The notes under the pieces: generated by a model
Databases searched by the model: none
Told to the model about the DNA's origin: nothing
What the model saw: only the letters and a program-made list of their open reading frames with translations
Made by a program: the position numbers and the translations under genes
From: Nitrosospira multiformis ATCC 25196
Lineage (GTDB): Bacteria > Pseudomonadota > Gammaproteobacteria > Burkholderiales > Nitrosomonadaceae
NCBI RefSeq assembly: GCF_000196355.1
Contig: NC_007614.1
Coordinates: forward strand, 1,800,001 to 1,832,000
Reading direction: 5' to 3'
DNA length: 32,000 bases
Shown: piece after piece, positions 8,631 to 17,277 of the stretch
Position numbering within the stretch: the first letter of the stretch is position 1
Layout of the letters: the number at the start of each line of letters is the position of its first letter

Positions 8631-9641
8631 TCAAATATCAAGACATATCTTGCCAAAGTGTCGATTGGTTTCCTGATAACGAAAAGCTTCCACGAGTTCT
8701 TCCAGTGGAAAATGACGGTCGATGACCGGCCGCAGCCCGGTAGCTTCGATTGCCCGAATCATCTCGATTTGCTGACGGCGGCTGCCAACGACCAGCCCCT
8801 GAAGGCGCAATTGCCGTGTCAACACAGCGAGCAACGGCAGCGTTCCGGTCATACCCGACAGAATGCCGATTACGGCGATGTGTCCGCCAATACGCGTCGC
8901 TATCATCGACTGAGCCAGCGTGGCAGGCCCTCCCACTTCAATCACATGGTCGACCCCGCGTCCCGCCGTCAATTCACGTACCAGATCACCCCAGTTTTCA
9001 TGTTTCCGGTAATTGATGAGATGATCTGCCCCAAGCGTTTCCAGACGAGCAAGTTTCTCGTCACTGGAAGAAGTGGCTATTACCGTTGCTCCTGCTACCT
9101 TCGCGAATTGCAAGGCGAATACTGAAACTCCGCCGGTTCCCTGAATCAGTACCGTTTCGCCTGGCTTCAATGGACCGTCTACCATTAGTGCCCGCCACGC
9201 TGTTAAACCCGCGCACGTAAGAGTAGCTGCCTCCGCATGACTATAACCCTTCGGGGCGTGAGTGAAACCGATAGCGGCCATTGTCACTTGCTGGCACGCA
9301 AAACCATCGACGCCATCCCCCGGAACTGTGCCCATGCTATCAATCTCAGGTTGTCCTTCCTGCCAACTTGGAAAGAAGGTACTGACAACATGGTCACCTA
9401 TTGCAAATTCGTTAACGCCTTCCCCCACGGCAACAACCTCTCCCGCTCCGTCGGACATTGGAATACGTGGCACAGGGGGTGGCCACATCCCGCTTACCAC
9501 TGCGTAATCATGGTAGTTCAATGAGCTTGCCCGAATCCTGACAGTAATCTCGCCTGCTTTTGGCGCCGTTGGTTCGCATGTGCCCAGCGTTACATGATCA
9601 AATCCACCGCCCGGTTGCACATAGATTGCCTTGCTGGTCAT
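8631..9641 (-). CDS. Zinc-type/MDR-family alcohol dehydrogenase or quinone oxidoreductase
   Basis: 336 aa with MDR fold motifs SLNYHDYAVVSG, PMSDGAGEVVAVGEGV, GETVLIQGTGGVSVFALQFAKVAGATVIATSSSDEKLARLETLGADHLINY, GRGVDHVIEVGGPATLAQS. Confidence 0.92.
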   Translation of the reverse strand: MTSKAIYVQPGGGFDHVTLGTCEPTAPKAGEITVRIRASSLNYHDYAVVSGMWPPPVPRIPMSDGAGEVVAVGEGVNEFAIGDHVVSTFFPSWQEGQPEIDSMGTVPGDGVDGFACQQVTMAAIGFTHAPKGYSHAEAATLTCAGLTAWRALMVDGPLKPGETVLIQGTGGVSVFALQFAKVAGATVIATSSSDEKLARLETLGADHLINYRKHENWGDLVRELTAGRGVDHVIEVGGPATLAQSMIATRIGGHIAVIGILSGMTGTLPLLAVLTRQLRLQGLVVGSRRQQIEMIRAIEATGLRPVIDRHFPLEELVEAFRYQETNRHFGKICLDI

Positions 9642-9679
9642 CGCTTGCCTCTCATTCTTGCGTTGGTTGGGTCTAAAAG

Positions 9680-9721
9680 AATGGTTAGTATATATACTTG
9701 ATCCCGGACAAAATAACCATT
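9680..9721. promoter_or_regulatory. Candidate operator/inverted repeat upstream of the oxidoreductase gene
   Basis: AATGGTTA (9680-9687) and TAACCATT (9714-9721) form an 8-bp perfect inverted repeat 26 bp apart, just upstream of the minus-strand start at 9641. Confidence 0.3.
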
Positions 9722-9822
9722 AACACCATGTTGTAGACAGAGTTTCTTCGCCGTAGAGATTCCGGTTTTCTTACGATTACTAAATGCCGAGTCCGTTTTT
9801 CTAATGAACAAGGGAATAATTC

Positions 9823-10134
9823 ATGGACCCAAAACTGATCAGCAATACGATCAACATAATTAATTCGAAGGATTTATTCACCCGCATCAACTGGCTCGAA
9901 CAGGAACTCAATTATCGGTGCTCCGATGAATACTCTGAAGAACTGAAGGCGTTGCAAGTATTTGCCAGAAACATTGATGCCGCTGCCTCCGTCTCAACCT
10001 ACGACAGAGGATCGACCCTCATTCGCAACAGTTACTTCGAGGATTATAGAAAAGTGCTGGAAGGAACGAATGCAAAACCTGTGCGCCTAGCCCCGGTCGA
10101 TTTCGGCGGTGTGATTTACTGGCTGCAACTGTAA
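9823..10134 (+). CDS. Hypothetical protein, 103 aa
   Basis: ATG at 9823 preceded by AGGG; protein MDPKLISNTINIINSKDLFTRINWLEQELNYRCSDEYSEELKALQVF...SYFEDYRKVLEG...LAPVDFGGVIYWLQL. C-terminus resembles the 'SYFEDYARE...WPxxxIDW' pattern of small soluble proteins. Confidence 0.65.
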   Translation: MDPKLISNTINIINSKDLFTRINWLEQELNYRCSDEYSEELKALQVFARNIDAAASVSTYDRGSTLIRNSYFEDYRKVLEGTNAKPVRLAPVDFGGVIYWLQL

Positions 10135-10154
10135 GAACGAGGCTCTCACTGTGA

Positions 10155-10338
10155 TCACCCTGAGCCTGTCGAAGTGATCCAAAAAATCTCACCCTGGCCC
10201 TTCGAAGAGCCTGAATCTCTCGTCCTCCTTTCCCTGAACAGACTCCCTCTCCACAAGAGGGAGGGCCGTCCCCGAGATCACCTGCTGGAGATTGAAGGAT
10301 CCACCGGCGCTTAAATCCTTCGACAGGTTCAGGACAGG
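10155..10338. repeat. Intergenic short repeat elements in inverted orientation
   Basis: CCTGAGCCTGTCGAAG near 10155 and CTTCGACAGGTTCAGG near 10318 are reverse complements with one mismatch, with a CCCTC...GAGGG hairpin near 10240 between them. Confidence 0.7.
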
Positions 10339-10452
10339 CTTGCTGAACGGTATGCCGCCAAAGCCTAAATGTGCCTCAACGTACAGAACGGCAGGAAAGA
10401 TTTCTCTATCCTCTTTTAAAGGCAATATTCAGGCTTTCATCAGGAGACAAAA

Positions 10453-10914
10453 ATGGATAACGAACGAATTATAAGCATGTTGAACGGCCTCATCGAGATT
10501 TCGCGCGATGGGGCACAAGGCTTCAGAACTTGTGCGGATGATATCGATGATCCCGAATTGAAGATGTATCTTCGAAACCGGGCCCAGAGTTGCGAGGAAG
10601 CGGTACGTGATTTAAGCGTAGAAGTGAGGCGTTACGGCGGAGATCCCGATACAACTGGTACCGCTACCGGTACATTGCATCGCATGTGGGTTGACTTGAA
10701 GACGGCCATCACCAGCAACGATAACCTTGCAGTGCTTGAAGAATGCGAGCGGGGCGAAGCCGCCGCCGTGATGGCCTATGACAACGCACTCAGAGAAGAA
10801 ATGCCACTGGATCTGCGTGCACTGCTTGACAGGCAATACGAAGGTGTTAAAAGAAATCATGATCGCGTCCGCCATCTGCGCGATGCAGCGCGGCATGGCA
10901 TCAAAGCGATTTGA
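10453..10914 (+). CDS. PA2169/DUF2383-like four-helix-bundle protein
   Basis: LNGLIEISRDGAQGFRTCADDIDDPELKMYLRNRAQSCEEAVRDLSVEVRRYGGDPDTTGTATGTLHRMWVDLKTAI, ECERGEAAAVMAYDNAL...: matches the recalled family pattern. Confidence 0.88.
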   Translation: MDNERIISMLNGLIEISRDGAQGFRTCADDIDDPELKMYLRNRAQSCEEAVRDLSVEVRRYGGDPDTTGTATGTLHRMWVDLKTAITSNDNLAVLEECERGEAAAVMAYDNALREEMPLDLRALLDRQYEGVKRNHDRVRHLRDAARHGIKAI

Positions 10915-10991
10915 AAATGCAGTTCGCATAGCCCACTTTTTTACCTGCGAGTGGAGAGAAATCTCGTCACTATCTTCCCTGCCGAGCCTCG

Positions 10992-12395
10992 CTACTTCGA
11001 TACGCGGTATAAGGAAATCCTGCTTTTATCCTGTTTTTCCAAGGTGGCCGTGTTGCCGTCGGCATTCAGGTTAAAGGAATTCGCACCGGTTTCCGAAAAG
11101 CCGGCACACCCGTTGGTGTCATAGGTAAACCCTTTGATGCTCAAAGCCTTGCTCCCGGCATCGTACGTATACGAGGCAAACTCGACCCCGGGTCCGCAGT
11201 TTTCAGCGTGCTCCGGGTTGCCGATCGGATCAACCATCATGAACTTTCCGTTGGAAAAGAAAAAATAAGTCTGGGTCTTGATATTCGTCTGGTCTGCCGC
11301 CCACGCGCCAACGATGCCTTTCGGTTCATTTTCCATCGCTGAATAGCGGCTTTCCTTGATCTCCGTCTTGATCGGCTCTTTATCCGAACTGATCTCCAGG
11401 GTTCCCGCGATGTGGAAAAGTTCTCCAAACAGACTTGCGTGTTTCTTCTCTCTTTGAACCGTCACGATGTCCGAATTAATCAGGTCGGCACCATCCGTGC
11501 GTACCCGCACTGTTGCCCGGGGATTGGATAAACCGGCCTGAAGGTTAGTATCGATTACCGGCTTGCTCACGAATTTGAATCCCCTGGTATCAAATTCTGA
11601 TACACCTGCCACACCATATTCCACACCCGCCTTGCTGACCAGTTTACCGCCACAAACACGATTGGCATCACAGGAATCGTCTGGCGTGGCTTCACCGTTC
11701 AAGTACTCACCCCCTCCGCGGGTGGAAATACGGATTACAGAGGCGGACGTATCATCATGCTTGACCCAGATGCTGGAACTCAGCATGGGAATGCCTTGTG
11801 AAAGGAAATGCGCCTTGGCCTGATTCGCTGTCTTCACAGCACCGCTCACGCCTCCCGCCTCCCTGGCCTTCTGCAAGTCAGCAGAAGCTGCAAAGGCAGC
11901 CGGATCGCTATCCAGATTGATGGAAGTCGAGACAGCGGCCGCGGCACTGGGAGGAATGGAGATACCATTATCGGGATTGCCATCGATATCGAGCGATTGC
12001 AGCAGAATAAGCAGGTTTTGCAGCTTATTCGCGCTTTCTCCCGCCAATTCCATGGGAGTGATGATACCTGCTCCCTTTACTTTCCCCAGAGCCAGCCCCC
12101 CCAGCTTGAACTCCACTGTATCGCCATGGCTGTATTTGAAGATTCCGTTCTCATCCGTATTGGCGGCAGACCCCGATGACGCGGCATAACCTACACCGCT
12201 TACCGCGGTGTCCAGCAACCTGCCGGTAGTGGGGCCGGTTCCGGTTTTCCCCCCACCGCCGCTGCTGCCGCTGCCCGTTGCCGGTCCGCTTCCATTACCG
12301 CATGCGGCGACACCCAGCGCCAATGCGAGCGGCATGAGATGAGCCCAGGAAATGGCTCTTTTATTCTGATTGAACTCCATCTTCGATTGATCCAT
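10992..12395 (-). CDS. Hypothetical lipoprotein, 467 aa
   Basis: N-terminus LMPLALALGVAACGNGSG has a lipobox-like Cys, followed by a Gly/Ser-rich linker (GSGPATGSGSSGGGGKTGTGPTTG) and a long ordered region. Confidence 0.82.
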   Translation of the reverse strand: MDQSKMEFNQNKRAISWAHLMPLALALGVAACGNGSGPATGSGSSGGGGKTGTGPTTGRLLDTAVSGVGYAASSGSAANTDENGIFKYSHGDTVEFKLGGLALGKVKGAGIITPMELAGESANKLQNLLILLQSLDIDGNPDNGISIPPSAAAAVSTSINLDSDPAAFAASADLQKAREAGGVSGAVKTANQAKAHFLSQGIPMLSSSIWVKHDDTSASVIRISTRGGGEYLNGEATPDDSCDANRVCGGKLVSKAGVEYGVAGVSEFDTRGFKFVSKPVIDTNLQAGLSNPRATVRVRTDGADLINSDIVTVQREKKHASLFGELFHIAGTLEISSDKEPIKTEIKESRYSAMENEPKGIVGAWAADQTNIKTQTYFFFSNGKFMMVDPIGNPEHAENCGPGVEFASYTYDAGSKALSIKGFTYDTNGCAGFSETGANSFNLNADGNTATLEKQDKSRISLYRVSK

Positions 12396-12736
12396 TCGAT
12401 TTGAACAAACGCGTTATCATATCAAACTATAGCGCGACAATAGCGAAAACATCCACCCTTTTCTTCCCTGCTTGTCCGTACGAGCGCAGGGCATACGGAA
12501 AGGAAACCCGGCCTCCGGCAACTGGGCAGGTTCAGTTCACCGTCGACTCCTTTAGAATGCAGATGACAGCCTTGTTCCATTTCCCATGAGCCAGAGAGGA
12601 GGCGAAGCTGTTGTATAATTTCGGATGGTAGAATCCGGAAGACTTGCCATACCAGGTTTTGCAGTCTGCCGAGTGACATGACTCAGTCGCTTCTTCAAGT
12701 CCTGTACTCAATATTGATAACAACATTTCAAGGAGA

Positions 12737-13087
12737 ATGATTATGCGCAAATTCCAAGCCCTTGCAGCTTCACTTGCTTTCACCTGCTCCATTCCGCTGG
12801 CACTTGCCGCCGAAGGAACCGTTGCAATTTCTTCCCCTACGGAAGGTGCCAAATTCAGCCCCCAGACGGACATCGAGCTGGTCTATGACATCACGCTGGG
12901 AGACAAGGGCGACCACACCCATCTCTATATCGATGAAAAGGAAATTCTGACGCTGCGCAATCTGAAAGGAAGCCAGTCTCTGGGAACGCTTGCAGCGGGG
13001 AAACACGAAATATGCGTCAAGGTGGTAAACAAGGCGCATACCCCCATTGGTCCACAAAAGTGCGTCAACGTCAGCGTAGAAGCGTAG
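12737..13087 (+). CDS. Periplasmic DUF4399-like protein
   Basis: AGGAG then ATG; signal peptide MRKFQALAASLAFTCSIPLALAAEG; body ISSPTEGAKFSP...HTHLYIDEKEILTLRNLKGSQSLGTLAAGKHEICVKVVNKAHTPIGPQKCVNVSV. Confidence 0.88.
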   Translation: MIMRKFQALAASLAFTCSIPLALAAEGTVAISSPTEGAKFSPQTDIELVYDITLGDKGDHTHLYIDEKEILTLRNLKGSQSLGTLAAGKHEICVKVVNKAHTPIGPQKCVNVSVEA

Positions 13088-13095
13088 AAGCGTAG

Positions 13096-13506
13096 GTGTT
13101 TGAAAATCTCAACTACGCCCTGGTGCAGCTGGCGCATAATTTCGGCGCCGCTGCCGTGGTGGGCTTTCCGGTCCTTGCGTTATACGTCTTAGGGCAGGCA
13201 ACCTCTGCGCACCGCAAGTTTGCATGGATAGTCGGGTTGAGTTGGGCGGTTCAAGCGCTGAGCGGCGCGGGATTCGGTGCAGTGAGTTACTACTATTACC
13301 AAGTATTCCCCGATCTGCACGGCGTCGCCTTTGCGGCATTGCTGATCAAGATTCTCTGCGCCGTGGGCGGGATCTTCATCACGGCGAAGTACATACGCGA
13401 ATCCACCGCGTGGACGTCCAAACAGCGCCGTGATGCCTGGAGACTGCTCAGCCTGCTGGGTGTAACGGCGCTGACCGCTGCGGCATTCCTGCGCTGGTAC
13501 GCGTAA
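13096..13506 (+). CDS. Hypothetical multi-pass membrane protein
   Basis: GTG start 9 bp after the preceding gene; four hydrophobic segments (VVGFPVLALYVLG, IVGLSWAVQALSGAGFG, VAFAALLIKILCAVGGIFI, LLSLLGVTALTAAAFL). Confidence 0.8.
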   Translation: MFENLNYALVQLAHNFGAAAVVGFPVLALYVLGQATSAHRKFAWIVGLSWAVQALSGAGFGAVSYYYYQVFPDLHGVAFAALLIKILCAVGGIFITAKYIRESTAWTSKQRRDAWRLLSLLGVTALTAAAFLRWYA

Positions 13507-13529
13507 AAGGAAGTCCATCAGACTCATGG

Positions 13530-13592
13530 GGTCAGAGTGATTGGTCTAACGCTTGGCCAGCTTTCTTTCTATTGATCAATCCACTCTGACCT
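13530..13592. repeat. Palindromic element, GGTCAGAGTGATT ... AATCCACTCTGACC
   Basis: Arms 13530-13542 and 13579-13592 are reverse complements with one indel. The right arm overlaps the 3' end of the SRPBCC gene. Confidence 0.75.
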
Positions 13593-14027
13593 CCTGGATT
13601 CGCTCGTGAACTCCGCTGCAAGATCGGCGAGAAGCGAACGATACACAGTGTTCATGTATTCCACTGCTTCTGTGCTTGCGGATTCCCATGACCCGGACCA
13701 TTCCACGAAGGTCGTGTCATCGATCGTCACCGGGAGCAGATGCAGGTTGCCCACATAATTGTAAATCTCCCCTGATGAAACCGGGGAAGGCCCTTCATCC
13801 ATGGAATACATTATCCGACGCTCAATCTCGCTGTAAGCGATCAGCGTATCGAGGAATTCCCCGTTTAACAGCCGCCTTGCCCCCACGGAATATCCACCGC
13901 CCCCGCCCACCTTTTTGCACGACTTGATCAGCGAAGGGGCCCAAGAGAAGTCGTGGAAGTTTCGTATTCTGGACCAGACCCGCTCGACTGGAGCATCGAC
14001 GACAATAGAGTTGTATACTTTTGGCAT
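13569..14027 (-). CDS. SRPBCC family (polyketide cyclase/dehydrase-like) protein
   Basis: MPKVYNSIVVDAPVERVWSRIRNFHDFSWAPSLIKSCKKVG...GARRLLNGEFLDTLIAYSEIERRIMYSMDEGPSPVS...TFVEWSGSWE: SRPBCC fold pattern. Confidence 0.9.
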   Translation of the reverse strand: MPKVYNSIVVDAPVERVWSRIRNFHDFSWAPSLIKSCKKVGGGGGYSVGARRLLNGEFLDTLIAYSEIERRIMYSMDEGPSPVSSGEIYNYVGNLHLLPVTIDDTTFVEWSGSWESASTEAVEYMNTVYRSLLADLAAEFTSESRRSEWIDQ

Positions 14028-14171
14028 GATTATCCTCCTCTTGTTTTTCGCCCGGATGGCGGGTTTATCATCCGCTTTTTCAGGCAGATTTCATCCGGCT
14101 GAGCACCGGTCGTTTTTAAGCTAACATATACCACATCATATCGACAGAACAATGTCCTGAGCAGAGACATC

Positions 14172-15302
14172 GTGCCGGGCTCCGCTTTTCTTTGTCATAC
14201 TGCTGCCGCAGTGTTGCTCCTCCTATGCAGCGGTTGCGTCCATACCGTCCCATTCCGGGATGCGACCGGAAATATCATTCCCGGCAGTATCGCCAGCATG
14301 GAAACGATTATCATCGGCGGCATTCCTCAAAACATCTGGTTTCGGGGAATATCCACCTCCAATCCTCCCCTGATTCTCCTGCATGGCGGGCCGGGCGCCA
14401 GCGAGTCGGCGCTCTTCCGCCATTATAATTCCCTGCTCGAACAGCATTTCACCGTGGTGTATTGGGAGCAGCGAGGAACGGGCCGATCATTTCATTCGAA
14501 TATACCTCCTGAATCGATGTCCATTGCGCAGTTCGTGCATGATCTGGATGAGGTCGTGGAATACGTAAGGCACCGGTTCAACAAGGAAAAGGTAATATTG
14601 GTAGGACATTCATGGGGCACAGTGCCAGGGATAATCCATGCCGGGCAGCATCCCGAAAAAATCTCCGCCTATGTGGGTATTGCCCAAGTGGCCGATGTGC
14701 CCGAAGGTCGCCGCTTATCCTACGGTTTTGCCCTGTCCGAAGCGAAAAACAGGGGAAATGCCAAGGCGGTTTCGGAACTGGAAGCGATCGGCCCGCCGCC
14801 CTACGCTTCTCTCGATGAAAGATTGACAACTGCCGGATGGGTGGAGCGGTTCGGCGGCATATTCCATACCAATCTGTCGACAGGTAAGCTGATATGGACG
14901 GCGCTCAATACCGATGAGGCGAACCTGATTGACCTTATCAAGTTTGGTCAGGGCAATCGCTTTTCTCTTGTGCAGCTGGAGAATGAAATCTCCCGGCTCG
15001 ATCTGAGCGAGCGCTACCGCTCATTCAGGATACCCATATTCTTCCTGCTTGGGCGTTATGACAAGCACGTTCCTGCGACCCTGGCAGAGCGATATTTCGA
15101 AACCATCGAGGCACCCTGCAAGCGGCTGGTGTGGTTTGAGAACTCTGCGCATAATCCGCCCTTCGAGGAACCGGCAAGGTTCAACCGAATACTCATAGAA
15201 GAAGTGCTGCCAGTGGTTAATTCAGTCGATTGCAAATCCTTGCAACATTCCTCCTGTTTAATGAATGACGCTTGTAGTTTTCGGAATGAGGACTATATTT
15301 AA
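14172..15302 (+). CDS. Alpha/beta hydrolase (proline iminopeptidase-like), predicted lipoprotein
   Basis: GTG start; AAAVLLLLCSGC lipobox; PLILLHGGPGASES, VVYWEQRGTGRS, VILVGHSWGTVPGI, FLLGRYDKHVPA, ENSAHNPPFEEP motifs. Confidence 0.9.
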   Translation: MPGSAFLCHTAAAVLLLLCSGCVHTVPFRDATGNIIPGSIASMETIIIGGIPQNIWFRGISTSNPPLILLHGGPGASESALFRHYNSLLEQHFTVVYWEQRGTGRSFHSNIPPESMSIAQFVHDLDEVVEYVRHRFNKEKVILVGHSWGTVPGIIHAGQHPEKISAYVGIAQVADVPEGRRLSYGFALSEAKNRGNAKAVSELEAIGPPPYASLDERLTTAGWVERFGGIFHTNLSTGKLIWTALNTDEANLIDLIKFGQGNRFSLVQLENEISRLDLSERYRSFRIPIFFLLGRYDKHVPATLAERYFETIEAPCKRLVWFENSAHNPPFEEPARFNRILIEEVLPVVNSVDCKSLQHSSCLMNDACSFRNEDYI

Positions 15303-15458
15303 CAGCAGAAGCTCTGCGCCGAAACGTTTTCACCATACTTCGTTTAAAAGCCGTGAAAAAATGTTTGAATCCTGAAGTGGATATCGGTTTAACATTTGCT
15401 CTCTCCTATCTCTTAACCCTTAACCTGATGCCTGCCGCTAGACACAAGAGGAAACCGA

Positions 15459-16547
15459 ATGAAAACGCTCTCGACCGCTTTCTTTTTAGCTCTCGTGCTC
15501 GGCATAACCCAGATTGCTTATGCGCAGCAGACAAAGTGGCGGACATTCAGCGAAGAGGCGATATCACTTTACAAGAAGGGCGAATATGACAAAGCGGTAG
15601 AAGCCGTCAAGAAATCGCTCGCGGTTGCGGAAAAAGAATATGGCCCTGACCATCCCGATACTGCCACCAGTCTGAACAACCTTGCGGAATTGTACCGCGA
15701 CCATAAAAAGTTTGCCCAGGCGGAGCCGCTCTATAAGCGGGCTGCGGCAATCCGGGAAAAGCACTTTGGACCCAACCATTCCCTGGTTGCAAGAACCCTG
15801 AATGGGCAGGCTGAACTCTACCGCGCCCAGAACCGTTTCGGGGACGCCGAGCCGCTTTACAAGCGGGCGCTGACCATCCGGGAAAAATCCCATAGGCCAG
15901 ACCATCCGGACATCACGCAGACGCTGAACAATCTCGCGGAACTGTATTGCGTCCAGGAACGGTACGCGCCGGCTAAAGCGCTTTACGAGCGCTTGCTTCC
16001 GATACGGGAAAAAGCGCTCGGTTCCGACCACCCTGGTCTGGCAGCGGGCCTGCACAATCTCGCCTTGATCCATCAGAACGAAGGCAGATACGCACAGGCC
16101 GAACCGCTCTACAAACGCGTGCTGGCGATCCGGGAGAAGGCCTTGGGCCGGAATCATCCCGACGTGGCGCAGGATTTGAGCATTCTTGCGGAACTTTATC
16201 GCACGCAAGGCCGCTATGCACTGGCTCAGCCCCTTTATGAACGTTCACTGGCAATCCTTGAAAAAGTTGCCGGAAAGTATCATCTTGATGTCGCCACTAT
16301 CCTGAACAACCTCGCGTTCATCCATCACAAGCAGGGGCAGTATGCCCAGGCGGAACCCCTTTACAAACGGGCACTGGCAATCTGTGAAAAGTCTCTGGGC
16401 ACCGGCCATCCTACTGCGAGAATAACCCGGGATAATCTTGCCGGACTTCGTATCGCAATGGATCGACTTCCCCCGGATGACGAAACGGAGCAGCGGGTAG
16501 CGCAGTCGCGTTTCCAGTGGTTTAGCAACATTATGGGTCGGCCATGA
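15459..16547 (+). CDS. Tetratricopeptide-repeat (kinesin light chain-like TPR) periplasmic/secreted protein
   Basis: Signal peptide MKTLSTAFFLALVLGITQIAYAQQ; repeated 42-aa units such as NNLAELYRDHKKFAQAEPLYKRAAAIREKHFGPNHS and HNLALIHQNEGRYAQAEPLYKRVLAIREKALGRNHP. Confidence 0.93.
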   Translation: MKTLSTAFFLALVLGITQIAYAQQTKWRTFSEEAISLYKKGEYDKAVEAVKKSLAVAEKEYGPDHPDTATSLNNLAELYRDHKKFAQAEPLYKRAAAIREKHFGPNHSLVARTLNGQAELYRAQNRFGDAEPLYKRALTIREKSHRPDHPDITQTLNNLAELYCVQERYAPAKALYERLLPIREKALGSDHPGLAAGLHNLALIHQNEGRYAQAEPLYKRVLAIREKALGRNHPDVAQDLSILAELYRTQGRYALAQPLYERSLAILEKVAGKYHLDVATILNNLAFIHHKQGQYAQAEPLYKRALAICEKSLGTGHPTARITRDNLAGLRIAMDRLPPDDETEQRVAQSRFQWFSNIMGRP

Positions 16548-16779
16548 CGGTTCCGGTCAAGAACAGCGAAAATAAAGGATATCTTGCTATAACAAAGCAA
16601 CTTTATAACGCTCCAAGGCGCGATGCATCTCTTACTTACAAGATGGCCGGGTTAGTTTAAAACGTTTTACTGATGTTATACTGATCCAATAAATTGGACC
16701 TTAGAGGTTAAAGCAACCGCATGAATTGAGGGACTTCACCGAGAATGGAAATTAACAATCCACAACAAAAGGAAATGTT

Positions 16780-17211
16780 ATGCGTTTCATGATCCTGGTC
16801 AAAGCCGACAAAAACACCGAGGCGGGTGTAATGCCGAGCGAGCATCTCCTTGCAGAGATGGGCCGATATAACGAGGAGATGGCGAAAGCCGGGGTGCTGC
16901 TGGCAGGTGAAGGACTCCATCCGAGTTCGAAAGGCGCCCGCGTAAAGTTTTCCGGAGAGAACCGCACCGTGATCAATGGTCCCTTTCCCGATGATGCGAA
17001 AAGCCTGGTGGCAGGCTTCTGGCTGATCCAGGTGAAATCGAAGGAAGAAGCGATTGAATGGGTGAAGCGCTGCCCGAACCCACTCGAAGGAGAAGCAGAA
17101 ATCGAGATTCGACAGGTGTTTGAAACCGAGGACTTCGGGACCGAATTTACCCCTGAACTAAGAGAAGCGGAAGAGCGTATCCGAACCGAAATAGCCGCAA
17201 GGAAGGGGTAA
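16780..17211 (+). CDS. YCII-related / DGPF-domain protein
   Basis: MRFMILVKADKNTEAGVMPSEHLLAEMGRYNEEMAKAGVLLAGEGLHPSSKGARVKF...VINGPFPDDAKSLVAGFWLIQVKSKEEAIEWVKRCP. AGGAAATGTT upstream. Confidence 0.92.
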   Translation: MRFMILVKADKNTEAGVMPSEHLLAEMGRYNEEMAKAGVLLAGEGLHPSSKGARVKFSGENRTVINGPFPDDAKSLVAGFWLIQVKSKEEAIEWVKRCPNPLEGEAEIEIRQVFETEDFGTEFTPELREAEERIRTEIAARKG

Positions 17212-17217
17212 TGAAAT

Positions 17218-17250
17218 CAACAGGGTCAGACTTAGTCTGCCCTATTGATA
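17218..17250. repeat. Short palindromic element TCAACAGGGTCAGACTTAGTCTGCCCTATTGA
   Basis: Arms AGGGTCAGACT / AGTCTGCCCT, extended by TCAa/aTTGA; lies between converging genes and could be a bidirectional terminator or a REP-like unit. Confidence 0.65.
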
Positions 17251-17277
17251 CAGCTAGATCGTAAAGCTAAATTCCAA

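Noticed and set aside
10189-10425. 78-aa minus-strand ORF (...GIPFSKPVLNLSKDLSAGG...)
   Set aside because: Runs through the intergenic palindromic repeats; the translation is the usual artefact of CTTCGACAGG-type repeats.
15564-16208. 214-aa minus-strand ORF inside the TPR gene
   Set aside because: Periodic translation simply mirrors the TPR repeats on the opposite strand.
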